Source: Octopus sinensis (taxonomy: Eukaryota). From it: 64,000 bases of DNA. The position numbers and the translations under genes are program-made. This document shows, in pieces, positions 23,913 to 35,609 of the stretch (positions within the stretch are counted from its first letter, which is position 1; every line of letters starts with the position of its first letter). Under the pieces are notes generated by a model. The model was not told the origin of the DNA and made no database searches. It saw only the letters and a program-made list of their open reading frames with translations. Location: positions 84,072,001 to 84,136,000 of the forward strand of contig NC_042998.1 of NCBI RefSeq assembly GCF_006345805.1, in the 5' to 3' direction.

Positions 23913-26900
23913 TGAATATACTATAAATAAACAACGACCCTGCTTCGCTTAAGCCGATCAGCTAACTGATCAACATCAACGAAGCACATGGGTGAATTTA
24001 TATATACTATATCCGGATGAATGGCAAACTTTTACGAATTGCATTTCGGGAGAGGAAAAGTTTTTTCGGAATAAAAATTTAGCAATTAAGGACAACTACT
24101 TAATAAGGAAAACTTAACAAGAAATTGTCAGGTAGATAGCGTAAAAACCTCATAAGAGAAAAAATTCGAAAATAATTATTCTTATTGAACATATTAATTT
24201 ATATATAGAGGGCATTATACATACATGCCAGGAGGCATTCTACATACACGCCATACGCTAAGAGGGACAATCAGTCATTTCTACCAAAAATATTACTAAT
24301 CCTACCGAATGCAATTTTTCAAAGAAAGACATTTAAAAATATATAGACCTGTATCACAGTGATTTCATACTTACGTAATCATCAGCAGGCCTGAATATAC
24401 TATAAATAAACAACGACCCTGCTTCGCTTAAGCCGATCAGCTAACTGATCAACATCAACGAAGCACATGGGTGAATTTATATATACTATATCCGGATGAA
24501 TGGCAAACTTTTACGAATTGCATTTCGGGAGAGGAAAAGTTTTTTCGGAATAAAAATTTAGCAATTAAGGACAACTACTTAATAAGGAAAACTTAACAAG
24601 AAATTGTCAGGTAGATAGCGTAAAAACCTCATAAGAGAAAAAATTTCGAAAATAATTTTTCTTATTGAACATATTAATTTATATATAGAGGGCATTATAC
24701 ATACATGCCAGGAGGCATTCTACATACACGCCATACGCTAAGAGGGACCATCAGTCATTTCTACCAAAAATATTACTAATCCTACCGAATGCAATTTTTC
24801 AAAGAAAGACATTTAAAAATATATAGACCTGTATCACAGTGATTTCATACTTACGTAATCATCAGCAGGCCTGAATATACTATAAATAAACAACGACCCT
24901 GCTTCGCTTAAGCCGATCAGCTAACTGATCAACATCAACGAAGCACATGGGTGAATTTATATATACTATATCCGGATGAATGGCAAACTTTTACGAATTG
25001 CATTTCGGGAGAGGAAAAGTTTTTTCGGAATAAAAATTTAGCAATTAAGGACAACTACTTAATAAGGAAAACTTAACAAAAGAAATTGTCAGGTAGATAG
25101 CGTCGTAAAAACCTCATAAGAGAAAAATTTCGAAAATAATTATTTCTTATTGAACATATTAATTTATATATAGAGGGCATTATACATACATGCCAGGAGG
25201 CATTCTACATACACGCCATACGCTAAGAGGGACAATCAGTCATTTCTACCAAAAATATTACTAATCCTACCGAATGCAATTTTTCAAAGAAAGACATTTA
25301 AAAATATATAGACCTGTATCACAGTGAGTGATTTCATACTTACGTAATCATCAGCAGGCCTGAATATACTATAAATAAACAACGACCCTGCTTCGCTTAA
25401 GCCGATCAGCTAACTGATCAACATCAACGAAGCACATGGGTGAATTATATATTACTATATCCGGATGAATGGCAAACTTTTACGAATTGCATTTCGGGAG
25501 AGGAAAAGTTTTTTCGGAATAAAAATTTAGCAATTAAGGACAACTACTTAATAAGGAAAACTTAACAAGAAATTGTCAGGAGATAGCGTAAAAACCTCAT
25601 AAGAGAAAAATTTCGAAAATAATTATTTCTTATTGAACATATTATTTATATATAGAGGGCATTATACATACATGCCAGGAGGCATTCTACATACACGCCA
25701 TACGCTAAGAGGGACAATCAGTCATTTCTACCAAAAATATTACTAATCCTACCGAATGCAATTTTTCAAAGAGAAGACATTTAAAAATATATAGACCTGT
25801 ATCACAGTGATTTCATACTTACGTAATCATCAGCAGGCCTGAATATACTATAAATAAACAACGACCCTGCTTCGCTTAAGCCGATCAGCTAACTGATCAA
25901 CATCAACGAAGCACATGGGTGAATTTATATATACTATATCCGGATGAATGGCAAACTTTTACGAATTGCATTTCGGGAGAGGAAAAGTTTTTTCGGAATA
26001 AAAATTTAGCAATTAAGGACAACTACTTAATAAGGAAAACTTAACAAGAAATTGTCAGGTAGATAGCGTAAAAACCTCATAAGAGAAAAAATTTCGAAAA
26101 TAATTATTTCTTATTGAACATATTAATTTATATAGAGGGCATTATACATACATGCCAGGAGGCATTCTACATACACGCCATACGCTAAAGGGACAATCAG
26201 TCATTTCTACCAAAAATATTACTAATCCTACCGAATGCATTTTTCAAAGAAAGACATTTAAAAATATAGACCTGTATCACAGTGATTTCATACTTACGTA
26301 ATCATCAGCAGGCCTGAATATATAAAATAAACAACGACCCTGCTTCGCTTAAGCCGATCAGCTAACTGATCAACATCAACGAAGCACATGGGTGAATTTA
26401 TATATACTATATCCGGATGAATGGCAAACTTTTACGAATTGCATTTCGGGAGAGGAAAAGTTTTTTCGGAATGTGATACAGGTCTATATATTTTTAAATG
26501 TCTTTCTTTGAAAAATTGCATTCGGTAGGATTAGTAATATTTTTGGTAGAAATGACTGATTGTCCCTCTTAGCGTATGGCGTGTATGTAGAATGCCTCCT
26601 GGCATGTATGTATAATGCCCTCTATATATAAATTAATATGTTCAATAAGAAATAATTATTTTCGAAATTTTTTCTCTTATGAGGTTTTTACGCTATCTAC
26701 CTGACAATTTCTTGTAAGTTTTCCTTATTAAGTAGTTGTCCTTAATTGCTAAATTTTTATTCCGAAAAAACTTTTCCTCTCCCGAAATGCAATTCGTAAA
26801 AGTTTGCCATTCATCCGGATTATGTATATATAAATTCACCCATGTGTCGTTGATGTTGATCAGTTAGCTGATCGGCTTAAGCGAAGCAGGGTCGTTGTTT

Positions 26901-26916
26901 ATTTATAGTATATTCA

Positions 26917-26962
26917 GGCCTGCTGATGATTACGTAAGTATGAAATCACTGTGATACAGGTC
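26917..26962 (+). ncRNA. Type I hammerhead motif in inverted array monomer (also 27394-27439, 27875-27920)
   Basis: Helix I (A)GGCCUG/CAGGUC(U); CUGAUGA; helix II U.U plus UAC/GUA with GUAA loop; GAAA; helix III AUCAC-U-GUGAU; AUA triplet, cleavage after 26956. Confidence 0.75.
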
Positions 26963-28127
26963 TATATATTTTTAAATGTCTTTCTTTGAAAAATTACATT
27001 CGGTAGGATTAGTAATATTTTTGGTAGAAATGACTGATTGTCCCTCTTAGCGTATGGCGTGTATGTAGAATGCCTCCTGGCATGTATGTATAATGCCCTC
27101 TATATATAAATTAATATGTCAATAAGAAATAATTATTTTCGAAATTTTTTCTTATGAGGTTTTTACGCTATCTACCTGACAATTTCTTGTTAAGTTTTCC
27201 TTATTAAGTAGTTGTCCTTAATTGCTAAATTTTTATTCCGAAAAAACTTTTCCTCTCCCGAAATGCAATTCGTAAAAGTTTGCCATTCATCCGGATATAG
27301 TATATATAAATTCACCCATGTGCTTCGTTGATGTTGATCAGTTAGCTGATCGGCTAAGCGAAGCAGGGTCGTTGTTTATTTATAGTATATTCAGGCCTGC
27401 TGATGATTACGTAAGTATGAAATCACTGTGATACAGGTCTATATTTTTAAATGTCTTTCTTTGAAAAATTGCATTCGGTAGGATTAGTAATATTTTTGTG
27501 AAAGAAATGACTGATTGTCCCTCTTAGCGTATGGCGTGTATGTAGAATGCCTCCTGGCATGTATGTATAATGCCCTCTATATATAATTAATATGTTCAAT
27601 AAGAAATAATTATTTTCGAAATTTTTTCTCTTATGAGGTTTTTACGCTATCTACCTGACCAATTTCTTGTTAAGTTTTCCTTATTAAGTAGTTGTCCTTA
27701 ATTGCTAAATTTTTATTCCGAAAAAACTTTTCCTCTCCCGAAATGCAATTCGTAAAAGTTTGCCATTCATCCGGATATAGTATATATAAATTCACCCATG
27801 TGCTTCGTTGATGTTGATCAGTTAGCTGATCGGCTTAAGCGAAGCAGGGTCGTTGTTTATTTATAGTATATTCAGGCCTGCTGATGATTACGTAAGTATG
27901 AAATCACTGTGATACAGGTCTATATATTTTTAAATGTCTTTCTTTGAAAAATTGCATTCGGTAGGATTAGTAATATTTTTGGTAGAAATGACTGATTGTC
28001 CCTCTTAGCGTATGGCGTGTATGTAGAATGCCTCCTGGCATGTATGTATAATGCCCTCTATATATAAATATGCCTCCTGGCATGTATGTATAATGCCCTC
28101 TATATTAAATATATAATATATATATAT

Positions 28128-28140
<13 letters not shown>

Positions 28141-28161
<21 letters not shown>

Positions 28162-29342
28162 ATGGGAAGCTGTATGAAAATAGACAAAAGACGAAGGGGT
28201 GGAAAACAAACAAACAATTGTATTAGTATGGCGCTCAGGAAATATAAATAAAACAAGTCTTTAACGTTTCGAGCCTACGCTCTTCAACAGAAAGATACAC
28301 AGAGAGAAAAAAAACACAGAAAGAAGGAGAGAAAAAAAATGCGTGCAGTAACTAACGAACCAACATGGCGATCTGATTTCGGCCAGAAGTCAAAGATCAA
28401 ACATGAGACGCGAGAGCGAAATTAGGGGAGATAATATAGTTGAGTGACCAGCTCCAACATAAGGGTGTGTGTGTGTATGAGAGAGTATTAGTGCGTATGA
28501 GAGGTCTGGACGTGTGTATGTATAGGGTTGGTGTATGTATTGTATTTATTAGTATGTATAAGGGTGTGTGTGTGTGTGGGTATGAGAGAGTATTAGTGCG
28601 TATGAGAGGTCTGGAGTGTGTATGTATAGGGTTGGTGTATGTATTAGTATGTATTAGTATGTATTAGTACGTATTAGTATTATAAGGGTGTGTGGTGTGT
28701 GTGTGTGTGTATGAGAGAGTATTAGTGCGTATGAGAGGTCTGGACGTGTGTATGTATAGGGTTGGTGTATGTATTAGTATGTATTAGTATGTATTAGTTG
28801 GTGTATGTATTAGTATGGCACATCATATATGATGTGATGTGTAAAGTCGTGTGGTGTGTGTGGAGAGAGAAGAAGGGGGGAAGGGGAGGGGAGGGGAGAG
28901 AGGAGGGGGAGAAGGAAGGGGAGGAGGAAGGAGGAAAGAGGGAGAGGGGAGAGAGAGAAGGGGAGTGAGGGAGCAGAGGGAAGGGAAGAGGGAAGGAGGG
29001 AGGGAGGAAGAGGGAAGAAGGGAAGGGGAGTAGGGGAAAGGATGAGGAAGGACTGAAGAAGTAGGGGTCGGGGGGGAAAAGGTAGGTGAGGAGGGGAGAG
29101 GGGGGTTAGATGAGGAGGGGGGAGAGTTGAGACCAAATGGCGTATAAGAGCGAGAGAGAAGATTAATTCCTGTTCACGGCGCAAACGGGAATCCGGATGG
29201 CCTCTGTGTAAGGACAAACCGAACACATATAGGTGTTGCAAGGAGTGACCGGTGGAGCGGAAATGCGAGCGAGACGGTGTGTCGTTCGCAAGGTGGATGT
29301 CACGAAGGTGTTCCGCGAACCGGTCAGCCAAGCGGCGTCCCG
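28141..29342 (-). mobile_element. 3' end of a Penelope-like element: GIY-YIG C-terminus plus terminal repeat
   Basis: GRRLADRFAEHLRDIHLANDTP..SHFRSTGHSL...RLRREQELIFSL(G)SYTPFGLN (29342-29125), then polypyrimidine tract, ~115-bp minisatellite (28450-28815), hammerhead motif, ending at (TA)n. Confidence 0.85.
28258..28295 (-). ncRNA. Minimal PLE-type hammerhead with variant core (CUGUUGA)
   Basis: UCUUU-CUGUUGA-A-GAGC-GUAG-GCUC-GAAA-CGU-U-AAAGA; helix III is the palindrome ACGU. Confidence 0.6.
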
Positions 29343-29352
29343 TTTATATATA

Positions 29353-29393
<41 letters not shown>

Positions 29394-29539
29394 CGGTTAT
29401 AGTAACGTTGATGGTATGCAAATAAAGCTCCTATTTCCTTATAGCGGCTACCGTCTAATGATACTGACTAGTAAGCCAGTTTTCCGGGTTGCATCATAGT
29501 TATACCGATATAATGTAGGATAAATATAATAATAATAAC

Positions 29540-29870
29540 AATAATTCTAGGATGGAATTGATAAATGTTTAATATATCGCTTTCGGAAGTTTCCACAAAT
29601 CACATGACTTTAACATCAGAGTTCGTATCCTTGGGATGAGTACAATATAGTCTGTATTATCCGTGGGTATCCAGTTGATCATCTTTGATTCATTTTATCA
29701 GGTAATGAAATGAAATGAATCAATGATCATAATTAACCGGATACCCACGGATAATACGAACTATACTGTACTCACCCCAAGGATACGGACCCTGATGTTA
29801 AAGTCATGTGATTTGTCGAAACGCGCATAGCGATGTATCAAATATTTATAAATTCCATCCTAGAATTATT
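29540..29870. mobile_element. Foldback/MITE-like element (~330 bp, ~140-bp imperfect arms)
   Basis: aataattctaggatggaatt...cacaaatcacatgactttaacatcag...tattatccgtgggtatcc mirrored by ggatacccacggataata...ctgatgttaaagtcatgtgatttg...aattccatcctagaattatt. Confidence 0.8.
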
Positions 29871-29876
29871 TTAGAT

Positions 29877-30510
29877 CTCTGGTCCCATACCTAGGAAGCC
29901 ATTAATTGGTTTGATAAATTAGATAATAAAAGTAGAAATAAATTCATTCAATTAGACGTTAATAATTATTATTCTTCAATTAATCCCATTATACTAAATA
30001 GTGCATTTATTTTTGCTAGGAATAATTCTAACCTAAGTTATTATTAAAGTTATTATGGAAGCTAGGAAGTCTATCATCCTATTCGATAAAAAGTACTAGG
30101 CCAGAAAAATACTTGTTATTTTGACATAACTATGGGCTCAGCCGATTCCGCCCAAGTTACAGACTTACTAGGTATTTACATACAGTATCGTTTCCATAAT
30201 TAATTCCCAGAAAGTAAAGGTGGTCTCTATAGAGATGAGGCACTATTTTTGATCAATAGTAAATCCAATAAAAAAAATAAAACTATATATGAAAAAGTTC
30301 CATAATTTCTTTAATTGATTTGGTTTATCTATCTCTATAGAAAATGAACATGATTCTGTTAATTACCTAGATGTAAATCTGAACCTTGTTACCGGCCTAT
30401 ACAGTCCGTATCATAAACCCAACAATAGTTTAAAATACATTGACTTTCACAGTAACCATCTTAAAGCTATCACAAGTACTCTGATTTATAATATTTCAAG
30501 ACGTATTCCC
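29877..30510 (+). pseudogene. Penelope-like element reverse transcriptase fragment
   Basis: LWSHT*EAINWFDKLDNK..KFIQLDVNNYYSSI...ARKSI...FDITMGSADSAQVTDLLGIY...GLYRDEAL...VNYLDVNLNL..GLYSPYHKPNN...SNH...NISRRI; stops and frameshifts. Confidence 0.8.
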
Positions 30511-31029
30511 TATGTGTGTGTATGTGTGTGTGTGTATGCATGTATGTATGTGCGTATGTATGACAAAGTTATATTGAACAGGTGATATGGCCTTGCTTTA
30601 TAACATCAAATATGTTAGTGTACACTACACTGGCAAATTTTCATGCAGCAGGCGTCTCTGAATATTTCTTTCTAATCCTTATTTTGTGTGAATGTGCATA
30701 CATATGTGAGTGTGTGTGTGTGTGTACATCTGTTTGTGTATGTGCATGTTTGAATAGATGTCCATATCATATCCCCAGGCAATAAGCCTTTCCTTTTCTT
30801 TAATAGCATACAAGTTTTGAGGATTTTCTTAATCTTATGATTATCTCCCTTTTTCAAGGGGAGTCAATCATAATTAGCAGTTAGTAATTACGATACATCC
30901 TCTGAAAGCGGATATAATTTTAATAAATCAAGAATTTTTATTGTTAAGAATTTTACATACAGATATTTATTTACAAATAAATATATATGTATAATATATA
31001 CATCATCATCATCATCATCATCATCATTT

Positions 31030-31460
31030 AACTCCGTTGTCCGCGCTGGCATGGGTTGGACGGCTTCACCAGTGCTGGCAAGCTGGAAGGCTGCACCAGA
31101 CTCCAGTCTGATTTGGCATGGTTTCTACGGCTCGATGCGCTTCCTAACGCCAACCACTCCGAGAGTGTAATGGGTACTTTTACGTGCCACCGGCACGGGT
31201 GCCATTTGCGTGACACGACTACGATTTTACTTAGCTTGATGGGTCTTCTCAAGCAGGGCATAATGCTAAAGGTCTCGGTCATTCGTCATTCTCTCCGTAA
31301 GACCCAACACTCTAAAAGTGCTTTTCACGTGCTACCGGCATCGGCCACCTTGCCTCTGTAGCCCCAACGCTTGAAAGGCACTTTTTATGTGTTACTGGCA
31401 CAGGTGCCAGTTACGTGACACCAGCATCGGCCACGACTATGATTTCACTTGGCTTGACGG
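31030..31460 (-). mobile_element. SINE with RTE-like 3' tail ending in (GAT)n
   Basis: Minus strand has ggttggcgttaggaagcgcatcgagccgtagaaacc...ccaacccatgccagc...gatgatgat; internal repeats cttttacgtgccaccggcac. Confidence 0.55.
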
Positions 31461-31606
31461 GTTTTCAATCTCTTGAACTGCTTCTACTCAGTGGCCTTTC
31501 AATATGGGTTTCAACTTAGCGAACTAAAGAAATACCACTGATGCCAAATCCGGAAAGAAGGATGGGTGAAGGATGAGAGTTGCCTTGTGTCATTTGTTCA
31601 AGCGCA

Positions 31607-31663
<57 letters not shown>

Positions 31664-31987
31664 CACCACCACCACCACCACACCACACCACACATACGCA
31701 CGCGCCTGCATACTTTACGTTACGTGGTCTCGTAGGTAACGTGTTGGGCTCATGATCATGGGTTCGATTTCCCAAAAACGATACTTTGTATCCTTGAGCA
31801 ATGCAAGCTGAAAATGAGCATCAGACTTATCTGTCTCCAGTTATCACAGCGTTGGTGTTACGTTGGATGAAAGACTGAAGAGTGTCCATATCTACAAGCG
31901 CCTAAAACAATTAGTGAAAGCGCTGCGTCACTAGTTATCAAGGGCTACCAATTTATGAAAGAGTGATACGTGTGTATATAGATAGAT

Positions 31988-32053
<66 letters not shown>

Positions 32054-32060
32054 CATACAT

Positions 32061-32104
<44 letters not shown>

Positions 32105-32177
32105 TTCAACTTACGCTGAAAGTCAACAAAGAAAGTTTTAGAAGCGTTGAGATATGTATTTTCCAGTATGTGTGTGT

Positions 32178-32220
<43 letters not shown>

Positions 32221-32262
32221 TAAAATGCAAATATACACACACGCATATATGCATGCATGTAC

Positions 32263-32296
<34 letters not shown>

Positions 32297-34419
32297 CGGG
32301 ATGAGACAAGCATCGTCGCTGCAATGACTCACGAAAATGACAGACGCATTTCTCCTTTCTTGAGGTTTATAAATGTTGTGCACTCGATTGTCACCTGCTT
32401 AAATGGAATCCATTCTTTGATATACAGGAAACGCATAATAAAACGTTTACTGGGATTGTGAAAGATTTTTCTACAACTCTGCAGACCTTCCACAATACTA
32501 GTTAATGATTTATTCATTGTTTCTCATGTATCGAGGTGCGAATTCCGCTCAAGCGGGTGGTAAACGAGTGCACTTCATCGGTAGGCCCCAAGAAAGGCGA
32601 AACAAGGCCGTGTTTCTCATGTGTCCCTACAGCAACGGTGTCCCTCTCCGTCCGATATATACTGCTTTTGATTTTTTAATATAAGTCAATGAAGATATTT
32701 TTATCTCAGTTATCTCAGCAGCATCGTGCCTTTTAACGGAGTGTATATGTTTAGTGTGATACACAGATGGCGATTTTAACTCAATGCTGTTTCAAATGCG
32801 TACACCGAGTTTTTCATTCCCGTAGGTATGCATTTAATTATTTGTTATATATCTGTGTATGTAAGTCAGCGTGTAATAGTTGCGTGTGTATGTATACAAA
32901 TAATAAATATTGATTTCCAATTTTGGCACAAGTTCAACTAGTATTTGTTTTATGAACACCGAAAGGGTGAAAGGTAAAGACGAGCTCGACTGAAAATGAA
33001 CTCAGAACATAAAGACAGAACAAAATACTGGTAAAGATTTTGCCCGCTGTGCTAACGATTCTGCCCGGTCGCAGTCTTTATATTAATAATAAAGTTTCTC
33101 CATTTGTCTCAGTTACCAAACCGCGGGTGTGTCATGTGATTTGCTAACCTACACACTTCTTCGCGAACTGTATAGATTTACCAACCAACTAAATCTTTTT
33201 CTCTTTGCTGACGAATGCACGCCTACACGAAACCTGAGATTTCAATGTCCGAATAGATATGTTTGTCTATATCAGCATATTATGTATCAATGGTTTTACG
33301 AGTGTATTAAACGTATATCTTGCATGACTATCAGCTTACTATATGATGCGCTCCACAGGCAAGTACTGAATCTCCTACATCTCAGCTGCAAGATACTGTG
33401 TGTATGTGTGTGTGGTGTGTGTCTGTGTGTGCGTGTGTGTACATGTGTTTATGTAAGTACATACTCAGGCTTTTACATGTATATATGTATATATATGTAC
33501 ATACGTGTGTGTTACATTCACGCATATATATACATATATACATACATACAAATATATACATATGTTCATATATGTATGTAAGTATGTATGTATGCATGTA
33601 TGAACAGATTCAAGATTGAGTATTATATGAATAATATACACGCAGACATACACAATAGGGTCATATTTTCTATTTATTATACATGTATAGATAATAGAGT
33701 TATATTTGTTATTCATTAACTCCATGCAATGTTCCTTATTGAAATATATCTATTCAATGCTATAATAATGAATAGAGCCGAGATGTTAATGGGATCAACG
33801 AACAGAATAAAAACAAAACACTGTCAAGTCAATATGAATAGTTAGTTTCATAGTTATTGTGACAGTAAATATAAATACAACCATCGACAACAACACTACA
33901 ACCATCACCGTCTCCACCACTATCTTCGTCATCAATGATAAATAAACCCAAAGCAACAACACCAATGTTTTCAAATTTCGGCCCATGTCTCGCAATTTTA
34001 GCTAGTACTTTATTTTATATATACTGGTTTGGGACTTAGAACGTAAAATGCTGGAAGAAACGTTGTAAACACTTTTTCCGGCAATAAATAAATAGGTGAA
34101 GATAGTACCCATTATTGTTGGGTCTTTGAGGACAGTATCAGAAGGCATCAAGAGGAATATAAAGGAAATGGGAATATAGTGCTCTGTAGAGCTGTTGAAA
34201 AATATTTATCTCCTTGGTACGAGCAGAGTCATCAGAAAAGTATAAGTAAGTTGAAAAGAATAGATAACATTGTACCGTGCGCTGCCGGTAGCAAGCTCGC
34301 TATGCATGCAAAACTCCAGAGGTTCCAACAAAGCCCGAGTTAAATAGTGGACGCTGGTTTCTCTAGTTCATATTTTAAATTAAAATTTTTATAATTTTGA
34401 ATTTTTATCGCTTCTTATT

Positions 34420-34462
34420 TTGAGCTCGACAAAGACAAGCTTCCTGTCGAAATATCGTTCAA
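34420..34462 (+). ncRNA. Minimal hammerhead-like motif with U3-A8 variant core
   Basis: UUGAGC-UCGACAA-A-GACAAG-CUUC-CUGUC-GAAA-UAU-C-GUUCAA; helix I 6 bp; palindromic helix III AUAU. Confidence 0.5.
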
Positions 34463-34599
34463 CCAATAATTTCTCTATCACAATCGAATCGCGCTCTTCG
34501 TCTTGACTGTTTACCTTTGTGAAGAGTTACGTCAATCCTTTTAAAATATTATTATTTTTATTATTATTATTCCTACGTATTATTATTATTATTATTATT

Positions 34600-35390
34600 A
34601 TTACTTTTTTTTTTCTTCTTTCAAATTTGCTTCCATTTCTCGCCGGGTGTCTTCCCGACTCCTAGGGCAAAGAAACTCATAGTATACATTGGTAGGCCAT
34701 TAAACCAAACTCAGTAGTTCGTTAATTTTTTTTTTTTTTTTAAAGTTAAATTTATATTAAAATACATGAGCAGCAACAGTTCTCACATCGACAATGCTCT
34801 TCTCATACGTGTGTGATGTACAGTTAAGACAATCTTTTGCACTTCTTGCAGGGATGGTAAGCCAGGGATCATTCTCATATAATTTTCGGTCCCTTCTTGA
34901 TCATTCCTAGTGCTCCTACGATCACTGGTATTGTAACCGCCTTGAGATGCCACATTTTCTCAATTTCAATGAGTAGGTCTTTATATTTTCTGAGCTTGTC
35001 AAACTCTTTCGCTGAGATATTATGATCACAGGGGATGCTCATGTCGATCAATAAGCAAACTTTATTGTTTTGGTCTTTCACAACAATATCTGGTTTATTG
35101 GCCTTGATGGTTCGGTCTGTATGTACTGGAAAGTCCCACAGAATGGTTACATTTTCTCCTTTCAGTTACAGCCTCAGGGTGGTGATTATACCACGTCGGC
35201 AGTTTTGATATTGTAATGCCGACTTATTAGCCAGTGGAGATATTGGCCAACTCTGTCATGTCTTAATTTATACTCCACTGGTGCTAAGACTTTACATCCA
35301 GAGATTAGGTGGTCCACTGTTTCAATCATGTCGTTGCAGAATCGGCATTTTGGGTCTGCTCCATTTTTCATCACATTGGCCTGGTAGTTC
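34600..35390 (-). mobile_element. Dong/R4-type LINE 3' fragment
   Basis: KCRFCNDMIETVDHLISGC...RHDRVGQYLHW; LLIDMSIP...KYKDLLIEIEKMW..IPVIVGALG; same subfamily as 59380-60190. Confidence 0.85.
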
Positions 35391-35414
35391 CGGGTTATTA
35401 TTATTATATTATTA

Positions 35415-35487
<73 letters not shown>

Positions 35488-35609
35488 CCTACAGTGTAGG
35501 TAAAAATGCACCGGAGTCTTTAGTCAGACAGATTATACTTTCCTTATTATTATTGTTTATTATTATATTATTATTATTATTATTATTATGTATTATTATT
35601 ATTATTATA

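Larger units (their letters stand above)
23119..28104. repeat. Tandem array of ~480-bp hammerhead-bearing monomers (retrozyme-like satellite): 7 copies in one orientation, ~3.3 inverted
   Basis: Monomer starts (tttagcaattaagg) at 23119, 23598, 24078, 24557, 25037, 25526, 26005; inversion at 26472; 35-bp terminal duplication 28070-28104; (TA)n on both flanks. Confidence 0.95.

Noticed and set aside
23119-28104. Array as a CRISPR locus or rDNA/5S/snRNA cluster
   Set aside because: Monomers are wholly repeated with no unique spacers or cas genes, and I recognise no rRNA or snRNA sequence in the unit.
32530-32665. GC-rich structured island considered as an HDV-like ribozyme
   Set aside because: GAGGUGC/GCACUUC could be P1, but I could not place P3/L3, P1.1 and the catalytic C in HDV geometry.
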